Counted from the first letter of the stretch, positions 1-12,070 are shown. The stretch: 64,000 nucleotides of DNA from Mobula hypostoma (GCF_963921235.1 NC_086108.1:98520001-98584000); one strand, 5' to 3'. A program made the numbers and translations. Notes: generated by a model not told the origin, from the sequence alone.

Positions 1-128
1 CTCATTGAACCCTGATAGAATATTGACAGGCCTAGACAGAGTGGACGTGAAGAGGATATTGCCTATAGTGGGTGAGTCTAGGATCAGAGGGCACATCCTC
101 AGAATAGAGGGATGTCCATTTAGTACAA
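1..128 (+). mobile_element. CR1/HER1 LINE 3' fragment (left part; continues at ~4095-4310)
   Basis: Reads as the CR1 ORF2 C-terminus (LIEP..ILTGLDRVDVKRILPIVGESRIRGHILRIEGCPF). It is interrupted at ~129 by a Rex-type tail. Confidence 0.75.
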
Positions 129-514
129 AGTTCAAATTTCAAAGTAAATAAAATACATATATGTCACTGCATATAACCCTGAGATTCATTTTCTTGTGGG
201 CATACTCAATAAAACCATAGAAAACTAACCATAAAAGAATCAATGAAAAATTTCACCTATTTAGGTGTTCAATCTGACTGTAGAAGACTACAAACTGTGC
301 AAATACAAAAAGAAGAAATAATAAAAATAAACAAATAAGCAATGAATATCAAGAACATGAGTTGAAGAGTGCTTGGTTCAAGAACCTGATGGTTGAGGTG
401 TAGTAACTGTTCCTGAATCTAGTGGTGTGAGTCCTGAGGTGGTGTGTGTACCTTCTTCCTGATGGCAGCAATGAGAAGAGAGCATGGCCTGGGTGGTGGG
501 GGTCTCTGATGATG
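129..514 (-). mobile_element. Rex1/Babar-type LINE 3' end A (left part; continues ~3751-4094)
   Basis: Minus-strand peptide HHPGHALFSLLPSGRRY..LRTHTTRFRNSYY, then an AT-rich 3' UTR and a (TTTGAA)-like tail. Confidence 0.7.
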
Positions 515-691
515 GAATTGAATCGAATTGAATTGACTTTATTTCTTACATCCTTTACATACATGAGAAGCAAAAATCTTTATATTACGTCTCCATCTAA
601 ATCTGCAATGTGCTATCATAGTAATTTATAATAGATAGAACAGTCAAGGTAACATAGAAATACACTCAAATCAGTGTGAGCTAATCAGTCT
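515..691 (-). mobile_element. Rex1/Babar-type LINE 3' UTR B (continues 3157-3750)
   Basis: Has AATAAA and a (CAATT)n tail on the minus strand at ~515-545. It rejoins the coding remnant at 3157 across the PLE TSD. Confidence 0.65.
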
Positions 692-751
692 ACCCACACA
701 AAAAATGCTGGTGAACGCAGCAGGCCAGGCAGCATCTCTAGGAAGGGGTAC

Positions 752-787
752 AGTCGACGTTTTGGGCCAAGACCCTTCATCAGGACT
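752..787 (-). ncRNA. PLE minimal hammerhead ribozyme, mutated (GAAA>AAAA)
   Basis: Minus strand reads AGTC-CTGATGA-AGGGTCTTGGCCC-AAAA-C-GTC-GACT. It lacks the catalytic G12 present in the copies at 24 kb. Confidence 0.7.
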
Positions 788-1028
788 AACTGAAGGAAGA
801 GCTAGTAAGAGATTTGAAAGTGAGAGGGGGAGGGGGAGATCCAAAATGATAGGAGAAGACAGGAAGGGGAGGGATGGAGCTAAGAGCTGGAAAGTTGATT
901 GGCAAAAGGGATACAAGGCTGGAGAAGGGAGAGGATCATGGGATTGGGATGGGAGGCCTAGGGAGAAAGAAAGGGGGAGGGGAGCCCAGAGGATGGGCAA
1001 GGAGTTATAGTGAGAGGGACAGAGGGAG

Positions 1029-1029
<1 letters not shown>

Positions 1030-1086
<57 letters not shown>
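1030..1086. repeat. (GA)n microsatellite inside the PLE 3' region
   Basis: Read directly from the sequence. Confidence 0.95.
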
Positions 1087-1087
<1 letters not shown>

Positions 1088-1131
1088 TAAATAAGTAAAT
1101 AAGGGATGGGGTACGAAGGGGAGGAGGGGCA

Positions 1132-3010
1132 TTAACGGAAGTCAGAGAAGTCAATGTTCATGCCATCAGGTTGGAGGCTACCCAGACGGAATATAAAGTG
1201 TTGTTCCTTCAACCTGAGTGTGGCTTCATTTTGACAGTAGAGGAGGCCGTGGATAGACATATCAGAATGGGAATGGGATGTGGAGTTAAAATGTGTGGCC
1301 ACTGGGGGATCCTGCTTTCTCTGGCGGACAGAGCGCAGGTGTTCAGCGAAACGATCTCCCAGTCTGCGTCGGGTCTCGCCAATATATAGAAGGCCACATC
1401 GGGAGCACCGGATGCAGTATATCACCCCAGCCGACTCACAGGTGAAGTGTTGCCTCACCTGGAAGGACTGTCTGGGGCCCTGAATGGTGGTAAGGGAGGA
1501 AGTGTAAGGGCATGTATAGCACTTGTTCCACTTACAAGGATAAGTGCCAGGAGGGAGATCAGTGGGGAGGGATGGGGGGGGACGAATGGACAAGGGAGTC
1601 GCGTAGGGAGCAATCCCTGCGGAAAGCAGGGGGGGGTGAGGGAAAGATGTGCTTAGTGGTGGGATCCCGTTGGAGGTGGCAGAAGTTACGGAGAATAATA
1701 TGTTGGACCCAGAGGCTAGTGGGGTGGTAGGTGAGGACAAGGGGAACCCTATTCCTAGTGGGGTGATGGGAGGATGGAGTGAGAGCAGATGTGCGTGAAA
1801 TGGGGGAGATGCGTTTGAGAGCAGAGTTGATGGTGGAGGAAGGGAAGCCCCTTTCTTTAAAAAAGGAGGACATCTCCTTTGTCCTGGAATGAAAAGCCTC
1901 ATCCTGAGAGTAGATGCGGCAGAGACTGAGGAATTGTAGGAGGGGATGGCATTTTTGCAGGAGACAGGGTGGGAAGAGGAATAGTTCAGGTAGCTGTGAG
2001 GGTCATTAGGCTTATAGTAGATATTAGTAGATAAGCTGTCTCCAGAGACAGAGACAGAAAGATCTAGAAAGGAGAGGGAGGTGTCGGAAATGGACAGGTA
2101 AATTTGAGGGCAGGGTGAAAGTTGGAGGCAAAGTTAATGAAGTCAACGAGCTCAGCATGCGTGCAGGAAGCAGCGCCAATGCAGTCATCAATGTAGTGGA
2201 GGAAAAGTGGGGGACAGATAGCAGCATAGGCTTGGAACTTGGATTGTTCCACAAAGCCAACAAAAAGGCAGGCATAGCTCGGACCCATGCGGGTACCCAT
2301 GGCTACACCTTTAGTTTAGAGGAAGTGGGAGGAGCCAAAGGAGAAATTATTAAGAGTAAGGACTAATTCCGTTAGATGGAGGAGAGTGGTGGTAGAGGGG
2401 AACTGGTTAGGTCTGGAATCCAAAAAGAAGCGGCGAGCTTTGAGACCTTCCTGATGGGGGATGGAGGTATATAGGGACTGGACATCCATGGTGAAAATAA
2501 AGCGGTGGGGACCAGGGAACTTAAAATCATGGAAAAAATTAAGAGCGTGAGAAGTGTCACGAACATAGGTCGGAAGGGATTGAACAAGGGGGGATAAAAC
2601 AGTGTCAAGGTATGCAGAAATGAGTTCGGTGGGGCAGGAGCAAGCTGAGACAATGGGTCTACCTGTACAGGCAGGTTTGTGGATCTTGGGTAGGAGGTAG
2701 AAACGGGAAGTGTGGGATGTGGGAACTATAAGATTGGTAGCAGTGGATGGGAGATCCCCTGAGCTGATAAAGTCGGTGATGGTGTGGGAGACAATGGCCT
2801 GGTGCTCCTTAGTGGGGTCATGATCAAGGGGTAAATAAGAGGAGGTATCCACGAGTTGTTGCTGTGCCTCGGCAAGGCAGAGGTCAGTACGCCAGACTAC
2901 AACAGCACCCCCCTTATCGACGTGTTTTATAGTAAGGTTAGGATTAGTGCGGAGGGAGCAGAGAGCAGAGCATTCGGAAGGAGTGAGGTTGGAATGGGAA
3001 CAAGGTGTGG
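1132..3010 (-). pseudogene. PLE reverse transcriptase / GIY-YIG endonuclease, frameshifted
   Basis: Motifs across ORFs 2316..2852, 2064..2300, 1559..1873 and 1132..1902: FYLLPKIHK, GRPIVS, MDVQSLYTSIP, MGTRMGPSYACLF, YIDD, VPLVLTYHP, VIYCIRCSRCGLLYIGETRRRLGDRFAEH and LQPDGMN. Confidence 0.92.
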
Positions 3011-3156
3011 TGCTTTCAATTAGTCCTGATAAATGGTCTCAGCCCGAATCGTCGACTCTACCTCTTCCTATAGATGCTGCCTGGCCTGCTGCATTCACCA
3101 GCATTTTTTGTGAGTGTTGCTTGAATTTTCAGCATCTGCATATTTCCTCGTGTTTT

Positions 3157-3750
3157 AGCTAATCTGTCTGGTGGCCTGGTGGAAGAAGCTGTCCTGGCAC
3201 CTGTTGGTCCTGGCTTTTATGCTTTTGGACCATTTCCCGGATGGTAGCAGATGGAATAGACCGTGGCTGGAGTTACTCAGCTCCCCAATGATCCTTTGGG
3301 CCCCTTTTTCACACTTGTCTTTGTAAACGTCCTGAATCACGGGAAGTTCACAACTACAGATGCGCTGGGCTGTCTGCACCACTCTCTGCGGAGTCCTGCG
3401 ATTAAGGGAAGTACAGTTCCCATACCAGGCAGTGATGCAGCCTGTCAGGATGGTCTCATTTGTGCCCCTGTAGAAAGTTCTTAGAATTTGGGGGCCCATA
3501 CCAAACTTCCTCAACCGGCTGAGGTGAAATAGGCACTTTTGTGCCTTTTTCACCCCAGAGTTAGTGTGTACAGACCACATGAGGTCCTCGGTGATGTGGA
3601 TGCTGTGGAGCTTAAAGCTGTTTACCCTCTCAACCCCAGATCCATGGATGTCAGCAGGGGTTAGCCCATCTCCATTCCTCATGTAATCCACAATCTGCAT
3701 CCTTGTTTTTGCGACATTGAGGGAGAGGTTGTTTCCTTGACACCACTGTG
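3157..3750 (-). mobile_element. Rex1/Babar-type LINE B, C-terminal RT remnant
   Basis: ORF 3155..3700 reads VERVNSFK..IHITEDLMW..VKKAQKCLFHLSRLRKFG..FYRGT.E.ILTGCITAWYGN..HGLFHLLPSGK. Confidence 0.85.
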
Positions 3751-4094
3751 CTGCTTACCTGCAACAGCATTTTATGTAGACGTACTTAATGATTGGGAAG
3801 CCTTTAACTGTGACAGACTGGGCTGTATCCGTTACTTTTTGTAGGATTTTCCATTCAAGAGCATTGGTGTTTCCCTACCTAGCTGTGATTTAGCCAGTTA
3901 ATATACTCTCCACTACACATCTTTTAGAAGTTTGTCCAAGTTTTAGATGTCATGCTGAAAATCTGCAAACGCCTAAGGAAGTAGAGGCACTGCTTTTCCA
4001 TAATTGCACGTACATGCAGGGCCTTGGACACATCCTCAGAAATAATAACCCTCTCCATCTCCGATACTCCAGTGAGGACTGGCTCATGCACCTC

Positions 4095-4310
4095 ATGTGG
4101 AATTCATTGTCACAGATGGCTGTGGAGGCCAAGTCATTGGGTATATTTAAAGCAGAGGTCAATGGTTTTGTGGTTAGTCAGGGCATCAAAGATTACGAGG
4201 AGAAGAATGGAGTTGAGCGGGATACTAGATCAGCCATGATGGAATTGCAGAGCAGATTCAATGGGCCAAATGACCTAATTCTGCTCCTATGTCTTATGAT
4301 CATATGGTCT
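4095..4310 (+). mobile_element. CR1/HER1 LINE 3' end (right part)
   Basis: Reads WNSLSQMAVEAKSLGIFKAEV, then the CR1 3' UTR ending CTCCTATGTCTTATG. Confidence 0.75.
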
Positions 4311-4520
4311 AACCATTTGGGTCTAGATAAAGACTCTCGACCCGTAATGTTGAGTGTCCATTTTCCACCAAAAAGATTGTTGAGTTCCTCCAGCAATTTT
4401 TTTACTTTTCCTTCCAAGTTCCAGCATCTGTAACCTTTTCTGTCTCCATATTACCAATCAGGGATTCTATAGTAGCTGAAAACAACTCTGAATATCAATT
4501 CTCATTGTGGCCAATGGTCT

Positions 4521-4727
4521 TTACTCCACTATCTCCTTGACATCCACCCATGTTATTGAACACAAACTCAGGGGCATGTTGTAAATGTCCTGGCTGGCCA
4601 AATATTTCCTGTACTGGGAATTGTCATTCAAATCTGTATTATTTTTGAGCATCTGAATTGCACTTTGGGTCAGGCTGTGCGTGTAGTCTATGACGGATGC
4701 AGAAAGCAAGGTTTCCGACAGGACTTC
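4521..4727 (-). CDS. Possible terminal coding exon of an unidentified gene
   Basis: Sits in unique sequence. Weak acceptor (tttttttgaaag|), then 68 open codons (EVLSETLLSASVIDYTHSLTQSAIQMLKNNTDLNDNSQYRKYLASQDIYNMPLSLCSITWVDVKEIVE*) with coding-like composition. I recognise no homology and see no nearby polyA signal. Confidence 0.2.
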   Translation of the reverse strand, partial: EVLSETLLSASVIDYTHSLTQSAIQMLKNNTDLNDNSQYRKYLASQDIYNMPLSLCSITWVDVKEIVE

Positions 4728-4914
4728 CTTTCAAAAAAACCTTGGTGAATTGAATGCGGTGATGTACAATAACAATGGTCACACAATACAATGCACTGAA
4801 GTAAACAGCAGAACCAATTGTCTAGACATTATGTTAGAGCAAGGTTTAGTAAAGAACACAACACAGACAGCATGCACTCCCACTGAATTGCTTCTAATTG
4901 TGTTTTTGCATTGA

Positions 4915-5710
4915 TTTAGAAGGAATAATAGAAGAGCAGATTATTATTTAAATGGTGAAAGATTGCAGCATGCTGTTGTGCAGAGGGACTTGGGAGTGCT
5001 TGTTCATGGATCGCAAAAAGTTGGCTTGCAGGTACAACCACTTATTAAAAAGGCAATGGGAATGTTGGCTTTCATTGCTAGAGGGATTGAATTCAAGAGC
5101 AAGGAGGTCATGCTGTGATTATACAGTGTACTGGTGAGGCCGCACCTGGAGTATTGTGTGCAGTTCTGGTCTCCATACTTGAGGAAGAATATACTGGCTT
5201 TGGACGCAGTGCAGAGGAGGTTCACCAGGTTGATTCCAGGGATGAAGGGGTTAACCTATGAGGAGCGATTGAGTCACCTGGGACTATACTCTCTGGAATT
5301 CAGAAGAATGAGAGGGGATCTTATAGAAACATACAAAATTTTGAAAGGGATAGATTAGATAGAAGTAGGAAAGTTGTTTCCATTGGTAGATGAGACTAGA
5401 ACTAGGGGACATTGCCTCAAGATTCAGGGGATAAGATTTAGGACTGAGTTGAGAAGAAACTGTTTTTCCCAGAGAGTGGTGAATCTGTGGAATTCTCTGC
5501 CCAGGGAAGCAGTTGAGGCTTCTTCACTAAATATATTTACGATACATTTAGGTGGGTTTTTACATAGTAAGGGAATTAAGGGTTATGGGAGAAAGGCAGG
5601 TAGGTGGAGCTGAGTTTACAGACAGATCAGCCATGATCTTATTGAATGGCGGAGGAGGCTCCATGGGCCGGATGGCCTACTCCAGCTCCTATTTCTTATG
5701 TTCTTATATC
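4915..5710 (+). mobile_element. CR1/HER1 LINE 3' fragment
   Basis: Reads [52 protein letters not shown], with tail TTCTTATGTTCTTAT. Confidence 0.9.
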
Positions 5711-5849
5711 TTGTTTTGCAGTCTTTTTTTCACAGGCATGTATAAATTATGCATAATTCAGAATCAGAATCAGGTTTAATATCATCAGCCTATGTCATGA
5801 TATACTGTATATACATAATTATAGAGAAAAAATGTGAATTACATTAAGT

Positions 5850-6690
5850 ATGTCAGAAGTTACAATGGGACATCAATAGGATGCAGAATAGGGCTGAGAA
5901 GGGGCAGATGGACTTCAACCCAGGTAAGTGTGAAGGGGTTCATTTCGGTAGATCAAATTTGAAGACAGGATATAATATTAACGGTAAGACTCTTGGCAGT
6001 GTGGAGGATCAGCGAGATTTTGGGGTCCGTGTCCATAGGATACTCAAAGCTGCTGCGTAGGTTGACAGTGTTGCTAAGAAGGCTTACGGTGTGTTGGCAT
6101 TCAGCCACTATGGGATTGAGTTCAAGAGCTGTGAGATAATGTTACAGCTATACAAGACCTTGGTCAGACCGTACTTGGAGTACTGTGTTCAGTTCTGGTC
6201 ACCTCACTGCAAGAAGGATGTGGTTACTATAGAGAGAGTGCAGAGGAGATTTACAAGGGTGTTGCCTGGATTGGAGGATGTACCTTATGAGAATATGCTG
6301 AGTGAACTTGGCCTTTTCTCCTTGGAGCAACAGAGGATGAGAGGTGACCTGATAGAGGCGTATAAGATGATAAGGGGCATTGATCATGTGGATAGCCAGA
6401 GGCTTTTTCCCAGGGCTAAAATGGCTTATAAAGGGGGCAGAGTTTTAAGGTGCTTAGAAATAGGTATCTACGGGATGTCAAGGATGAGTTTTTCACACAG
6501 AGAGGCAGGTGTGTGGAATACACTGTCGACGGTGGAAGCAGATACAATAGGGTCTTTTAAGAGCCTCTAGGATAGGTACATGGAGCTTAGAAAAATAGAG
6601 GACTATGTATTAAGGAAATTCTAGGCAGCTTCTAGAGTAGGTTACATGATCAGCACAGCATTGTAATGTGCTGTAGATTTCTATATTCAA
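5850..6690 (+). mobile_element. CR1 LINE 3' fragment
   Basis: ORF 6091..6570 reads [27 protein letters not shown]. Confidence 0.88.
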
Positions 6691-6699
6691 AAAAAATTA

Positions 6700-7800
6700 T
6701 TTATATATTAATTAGTTCAATTAAGTAAGTAGTGCAAAAGTAGAGATTAAAAAGTAGTGAGGTAGTGTTCATGGGTTCAATGCCCATTCAGAAATTTGAT
6801 GGTGGTGGAAGCTATTCCTGAATCATTGAGTGTGTGCCTTCGGGCTCCTGTACCTCCTCCCTGACGGCAGCAATGAGAAGAGGGCATGGCCTGGGTAATG
6901 GGGGTGCTTACTGACAGATGGCACCTTTTTGAGGCATCGCTCCTTGAGGATGTCCTGGATACTATGGATGCTCATGCCCATGATGGAGCTGACTAAGTTT
7001 TCAACTCTCCGCAGCTTAATCCTGTGGAGTAGCCACCTGGCTCTCCACCCCCAACCCAGACGATGATGCAGCCCGTTAGAGTGTTTTTTCTCTCCCTCCC
7101 TCTCCCTCTCCCCTTCCTCACACCTTGGTGTCATCCAAACGTCATAGTTTATCCTTCCCTTTTTCTTTTTGCTTATTTATTATTTACAGCTTTTCTTCTT
7201 CTCCAGCAAGTTTTTACAGATGTATTGTGGAGGGCATCTTGACGGGTCGCATCACCATCTGGTATGGGAGTTGCAAACTCAGCCAGCCCTCTAATGGGCA
7301 CTAGCCTGTCCAATATCAAGGACATCTTCAAAAGGTGAATCCTCACCCAGAACATGCCCTCTTCTCATTGCTACCATGAGGGGGGTGGTAAAGGAGTCTG
7401 AAGCCACACACCCTATGTTTTAGGAACAGCATCTTCCCCTCCAGCATCAGATTTGTAAATGGACAACAAGTCAATGTACAATACCTCACTGTTTTAAATT
7501 TCTTTTGCTCTCTTTTTGCCTTAATTAATTAAAAATTATATATATTATACTTCCTATTGGACTTTATAATTCTTTCCGTTTTTTTGAACTGCTAACGCAA
7601 AACAACAAATTTCACAACGTAGGCTGGTGATATTAAATCTGAATCTACTTGTCGGTCTTTGTGTGTAGTTTTTCATTGATTCTATTGTATTTCTCTGTTC
7701 TGTTGCAAATGCCTGCAATAAAATGAATCTCAAGGTGGTATATGTTGACGTTTGTACTTTGATAATAAATTTAGTTTGAACCTCGAAGTTTTAACTTTGA
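6700..7800. mobile_element. Cluster of decayed Rex1/Babar 3' ends (minus ~6700-7080, plus ~7210-7800)
   Basis: HPGHALFSLLPSGRRYRS.KAHTQ motif, with GATATTAAATCTGAATCT and TTTGAAC tails. Confidence 0.7.
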
Positions 7801-9799
7801 TAACAGCAGGATAGAAGCTGTCCTACATCTTTATTGTGTCAGTAACACTTGCACCAAGTCAGACTTTCTGCTCGCCCTGAGCAAGCAATCTTGAAATTTG
7901 TAAAATTCAATTCATATCTGTAGCTTCTAAATCAAAGGATGCAATAGAACCGTGACTTGTGCAGGTCCTATCACGAGTCACACCGTAGTAGATGCCATCT
8001 CCATGGCTTTGTAATACAGCATTCAGAAAAGATTGCCGTGGGAAGAGGGTCTTTCCAGTTCTGTATTCCCGTTCCTCCACAGCACCCCCCCGACAGTCAG
8101 CCACCCTCCTGAGTTACCTGCTGAAACTCACCAGGCTGGACCACACACAAAATGCTGAATCACCCTGAGTTTCTCCCTTCCCCTTCCCCTTCCCCTCTGC
8201 CCGCCCCCCCAATTTATAACTCTACTCCTCATCTTGTTTTTTCTCCAGTCTTGCTGAAGGGTCTTGGCCCAAAACATCCTGATGAAGGATCTCATCCTGA
8301 ACTGTTGGCTCTTTACCCATCTCCATTTTTGTAAATGTCCATGATGTATCAGCCTCTACCAGCCCAGCACCCTGGCATTATGTTCCAGGCATCCACTACT
8401 CCCTGTCCTGATGTCACCATGTGATCCTTCAAATTTTTGAAATTCAAATCAAATCAAAGTCAAGTTTAATTATCCATACATGAGTACAGCCAAGCAAACC
8501 AATGTTCCTCTGCGGCCAAAGTGCAAAATATGCACAGCATATTCAAAATAGTCAGCAAAAAAAAAAAGACACGCAAAAAAAGTCACATATATAGTCCAAG
8601 ACCCTGAACGATATGTCCTGCAAATTGATTGTATAGATTCCCTACAGTGCACAGCCACTGCAATCCAGCCTGTCATTCCACCAATTGAACAACGGAGGGC
8701 AGCACCGACAGGAGAGGCCAGCTCCCACACCCCCCCCCCCGCCACCCCTCTACAGAGCAAACCCTAACTCTAACCCCACATTGGTGAAATAATAACATGG
8801 TGTGATGTGTTTCTGGCTTGTTTATTGCACTCGCATGATGGCCAATGTCTGGTGCTCTTACCCCCATTTTAATCTGGCATGCTCTGCACAACCATTGACA
8901 TGATAAAGTGCACTTCTGAAGCCTGGAAGATATCAGGCTTGCTAATATGGCTTGTGACTGGAAATGCCCTGATCCAGTTTGTGACTGGCATGCATTTAAC
9001 TGGAAATCAATAATGGATCACATTGCACTGAAGAAAATATTCAGCGCAATCCAATTTTTAGGCTAATGTCTTTGATTATCTTTCAATTAATCATTATTCA
9101 ATTAATGAACATCATCTCTGCTAAAGAATATTTTTATATTATTCATGGCTAAGGACATCACTGGCAAAGCCAGAATGTAATTCCCATTGGCAGATACCTG
9201 GGAGAAAGTAGGGATGAGCTGATTTCTTGAATGACAAAAAATCCAGTGCAGTTGACCCACAAAACCCTTCCATAAGAAGTCATAGGATTTTAACCCAATG
9301 AGAATCAAGGATTGGAGATTTAGGTGCATGGAACGTGATGCCAAGGGTGGTGCAGGAGGCAGATGCATTAGGGGCATTCAAGAAATTCTTGGATAGGCAT
9401 ATGGATGATGGGAAAACAAAGGGCTATATTAGTTGCAAGGTCAGCACATCGTTAGTTGAGGGTCATATACTGTGCTGTGATGTTCTATGTTCTAAATATT
9501 GCTAAGTCAGCATGCTTTGTAACTTGGAGGGATATTTCAATGTGGTGATGCTCAAAACACCATTAGCCTGTGACTTTCAGATGACAGAGTTTAGGGAGGT
9601 GTTAGTCAAGATGCCTCAGAAAGGTTTTACAGAGTTTTCTGTGAACAGGGCTGGGGGATACAGTGAACCAGGTTCAAAGAAATTGTGTGTATAAAGTTGT
9701 GGAAATTTTGGTGAGATGTCATCCTGAGCTGTATTCCTTACAAACAGCTTCCACACTGTAACAACTTAATACCGCTGAGTGGTTTGATTAGTCATTCCA

Positions 9800-10745
9800 A
9801 AGACTAAGTATCAACCAAATAGTCTTCAAGAGGTGGTGCCTCTTGCCTCAAGAAGGTGACATCCATCATTAAGGACCCTCAGCATTCTGGACGTGTCCTC
9901 TTCTCCTTACTAGCATGAGGAAGGAGGTACAAGAACCTGAAGACTCACACTCAAAGTTTCAAGAACAACTTCTTCCCCTCTACGTTCACCATCTGTACAG
10001 TCCATGAACCCATGAACACTACCTCTTTATTCCTCGTTTGCATTAATTATTTTTCTATTTAACTTACCGTACTGTTGCTGAAAAACAAACTTCAGAACTT
10101 ATGTCAGTGATAATAAGCCTGATTGTGACTGATGTCAGCTGGAGTTCAGAATCATACAGAGTATGAACCAGCATGGATAAGGATGGTGGGTGTCTTTGGT
10201 GACACACCCTATCTCCCTTTAGGAGGGTGTGGAGATTTGGTATGTCATCAAAGATGCTTGCAATTTTCTACAGATATACTGTGGAAAGCATTTTGTACTG
10301 GCTTCATCACCATCTGGTATGGGAGGGGGCCACAGCACAGGATCGAAATAAGCTGTAGAAAGTTGTAAACTCAGTCAGCTCCATCAAGGGCACTAGATTC
10401 CAAAGCATCCAGGACATCTTCAAGAAGCAAATCCTCAAAAAGGTGGCGTCCATCATAAAGGACCCTACAGCACAGGGCACAGGAGCTCGAAGGTGCACAC
10501 ACAGTGGTGCAGGAACAACTTCTTCCCCTCTGCCATCCAATTTCTGAATGGACATTGAACCCACGGACACTACCTCTCTACTTTTTTTCCTCCTTTTTCA
10601 CTACTTTATTTAATTATATATATATATTATACTTTTTACTGTAATTTACAGTCTTTATTAGTGTGCATTACTACAGTACTGCTGCTGCAAAGACAGCAAA
10701 TTTCACAACATATGCCAGTGATATTAAACCTGTTTCTGATTCTTT
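9800..10745 (+). mobile_element. Two tandem Rex1/Babar 3' fragments
   Basis: Repeated C-terminal remnants, each ending in a TGATA(A/T)TAA.CCTGATTCTGA-type tail (~10130 and ~10740). Confidence 0.7.
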
Positions 10746-11524
10746 GATATTGAATTTTGAATTTAGGGTTAGCAAACCAGTTACTTTGTGGTTAATGACA
10801 TGTAAGTATAGCTGGCTTGCACAAAGGGCTGCGGTGAGTTGAATGGCTGGAACAATGAACAACCACTACAAAGTTACAGTGTCTGCATTTCATAAGTCCT
10901 TGAAAATAGGACATATTACGGGAAGGGGTCCTTCAGCCCACAATGTCTGCACTGAACATGATGCCAAATTAAACTAAATTTCTTCTGCCTGTACATGATC
11001 CACATCTATCCATTCCCTGCATATTCACGTGTCTCCCTACGGCCTTTTAAATGCCTCAGTTCTATCTGCTTCCACCACCACCCCTGGAAGTATTCCAGGC
11101 ACATATCACTGCTGTGTACAAAACTTGCCCAGCACATCACCTTTAAACTTTCCCCTCTCACCTTAAATGCCCTCTAGTGGCAGCAATACAATGCGAGAAA
11201 TAATAATAGAGCAAAATAAATGTGAATTAAAGTATATTAAATGGTTATATTAAATAAGTAGTGCAAAAATAGAAATAAAAATAAAGTAGTGAGGTAAGGT
11301 TCATGGGTTCATTGTCCATTCGGATGGCAGAGGGGAAGAAGCTGTTTCTGAATTGCTGAGTGTGTGCCTTCACGATTCTGTACCTCCTTCCTGATGGTAG
11401 CAATGAGAAGAGGGCATGTTCTGGGTTGCTAACTGACTTCCCATTCCCAATGCAGGTCATAGAGGTAGTGTCAATAGCCAAGGGGAACCAAGGTGGCCGC
11501 AGACACTACACATTATAATTTTAC

Positions 11525-11609
11525 CTGTGGCAGGCAAGGCGAGGTTGCATGACCCTGTCTGTTGGGAACATGTGACCCAAGCACACATCAAACACGCAGA
11601 TTTATTTAT
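11525..11609 (-). other. Candidate 85 nt exon
   Basis: Acceptor tttactttgccccttag| and donor CAG|gtaaaa. One frame is open (INKSACLMCAWVTCSQQTGSCNLALPAT). No homology recognised. Confidence 0.2.
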
Positions 11610-11777
11610 CTAAGGGGCAAAGTAAAACTGACAGGAAACATAGTCGCCAGTTCAAAATGCACAGGCTTTGCTGTGGACTCCCATTTCCTGGCGCACAAGA
11701 GACAGAGGTCATAATGAAGCAAAAACTAGGATGTAGTTATTTTACAGTAAGTTCTTTGCACCTTGTCAACAGTACCG

Positions 11778-12070
11778 GGCGGGGGGGGGGAGGAGAGAGT
11801 GAGCGGGGTACAAAGTGAGAGAGCAGAGAGACAGAGAGAGAGATGAAGGAGAGAGAGAATCAGAGAGAGAGAGGAGAGAGATATACAAAGTGAGAGAGAC
11901 AGAGAGGAGAGACAAAAACAGAGAGAGGAAGAGAACGGTGAGAGAGAAAGTGAAGTACGGATAGTGTGTGGAGACAAAGAGAGGAGGGAGAGAGAGGGAC
12001 AGAGAATTAGAGAGACAGAGGGAGATAAGTAGAGAAAGTGAAGAGAGAGAGAGATACAAATAGAGAGAGG
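11778..12070. repeat. GA-rich low-complexity tract
   Basis: Read directly. It produces the spurious Ser/Leu ORFs at 11726..12109. Confidence 0.9.

Larger units (their letters stand above)
692..3156 (-). mobile_element. Penelope-like element (RT + GIY-YIG), 5'-truncated, with an inverted terminal segment
   Basis: Flanked by a 13 bp TSD, AGCTAATC[A/T]GTCT (679-691 and 3157-3169). Segment ~3013-3156 is an inverted copy of the terminus at ~692-795. Internal RT and endonuclease motifs are present. Confidence 0.92.

Noticed and set aside
671..1132. 153 aa Ser/Leu/Pro-rich ORF and overlapping plus-strand ORFs
   Set aside because: They are translations of the PLE 3' region and the (GA)n microsatellite.
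7907..8104. 65 aa minus-strand ORF as a host exon
   Set aside because: No convincing splice-site pair and no recognisable homology; it abuts PLE debris.
8860..8999. Minus-strand exon ending at GG|gtaag
   Set aside because: Several weak alternative acceptors and no coherent peptide.
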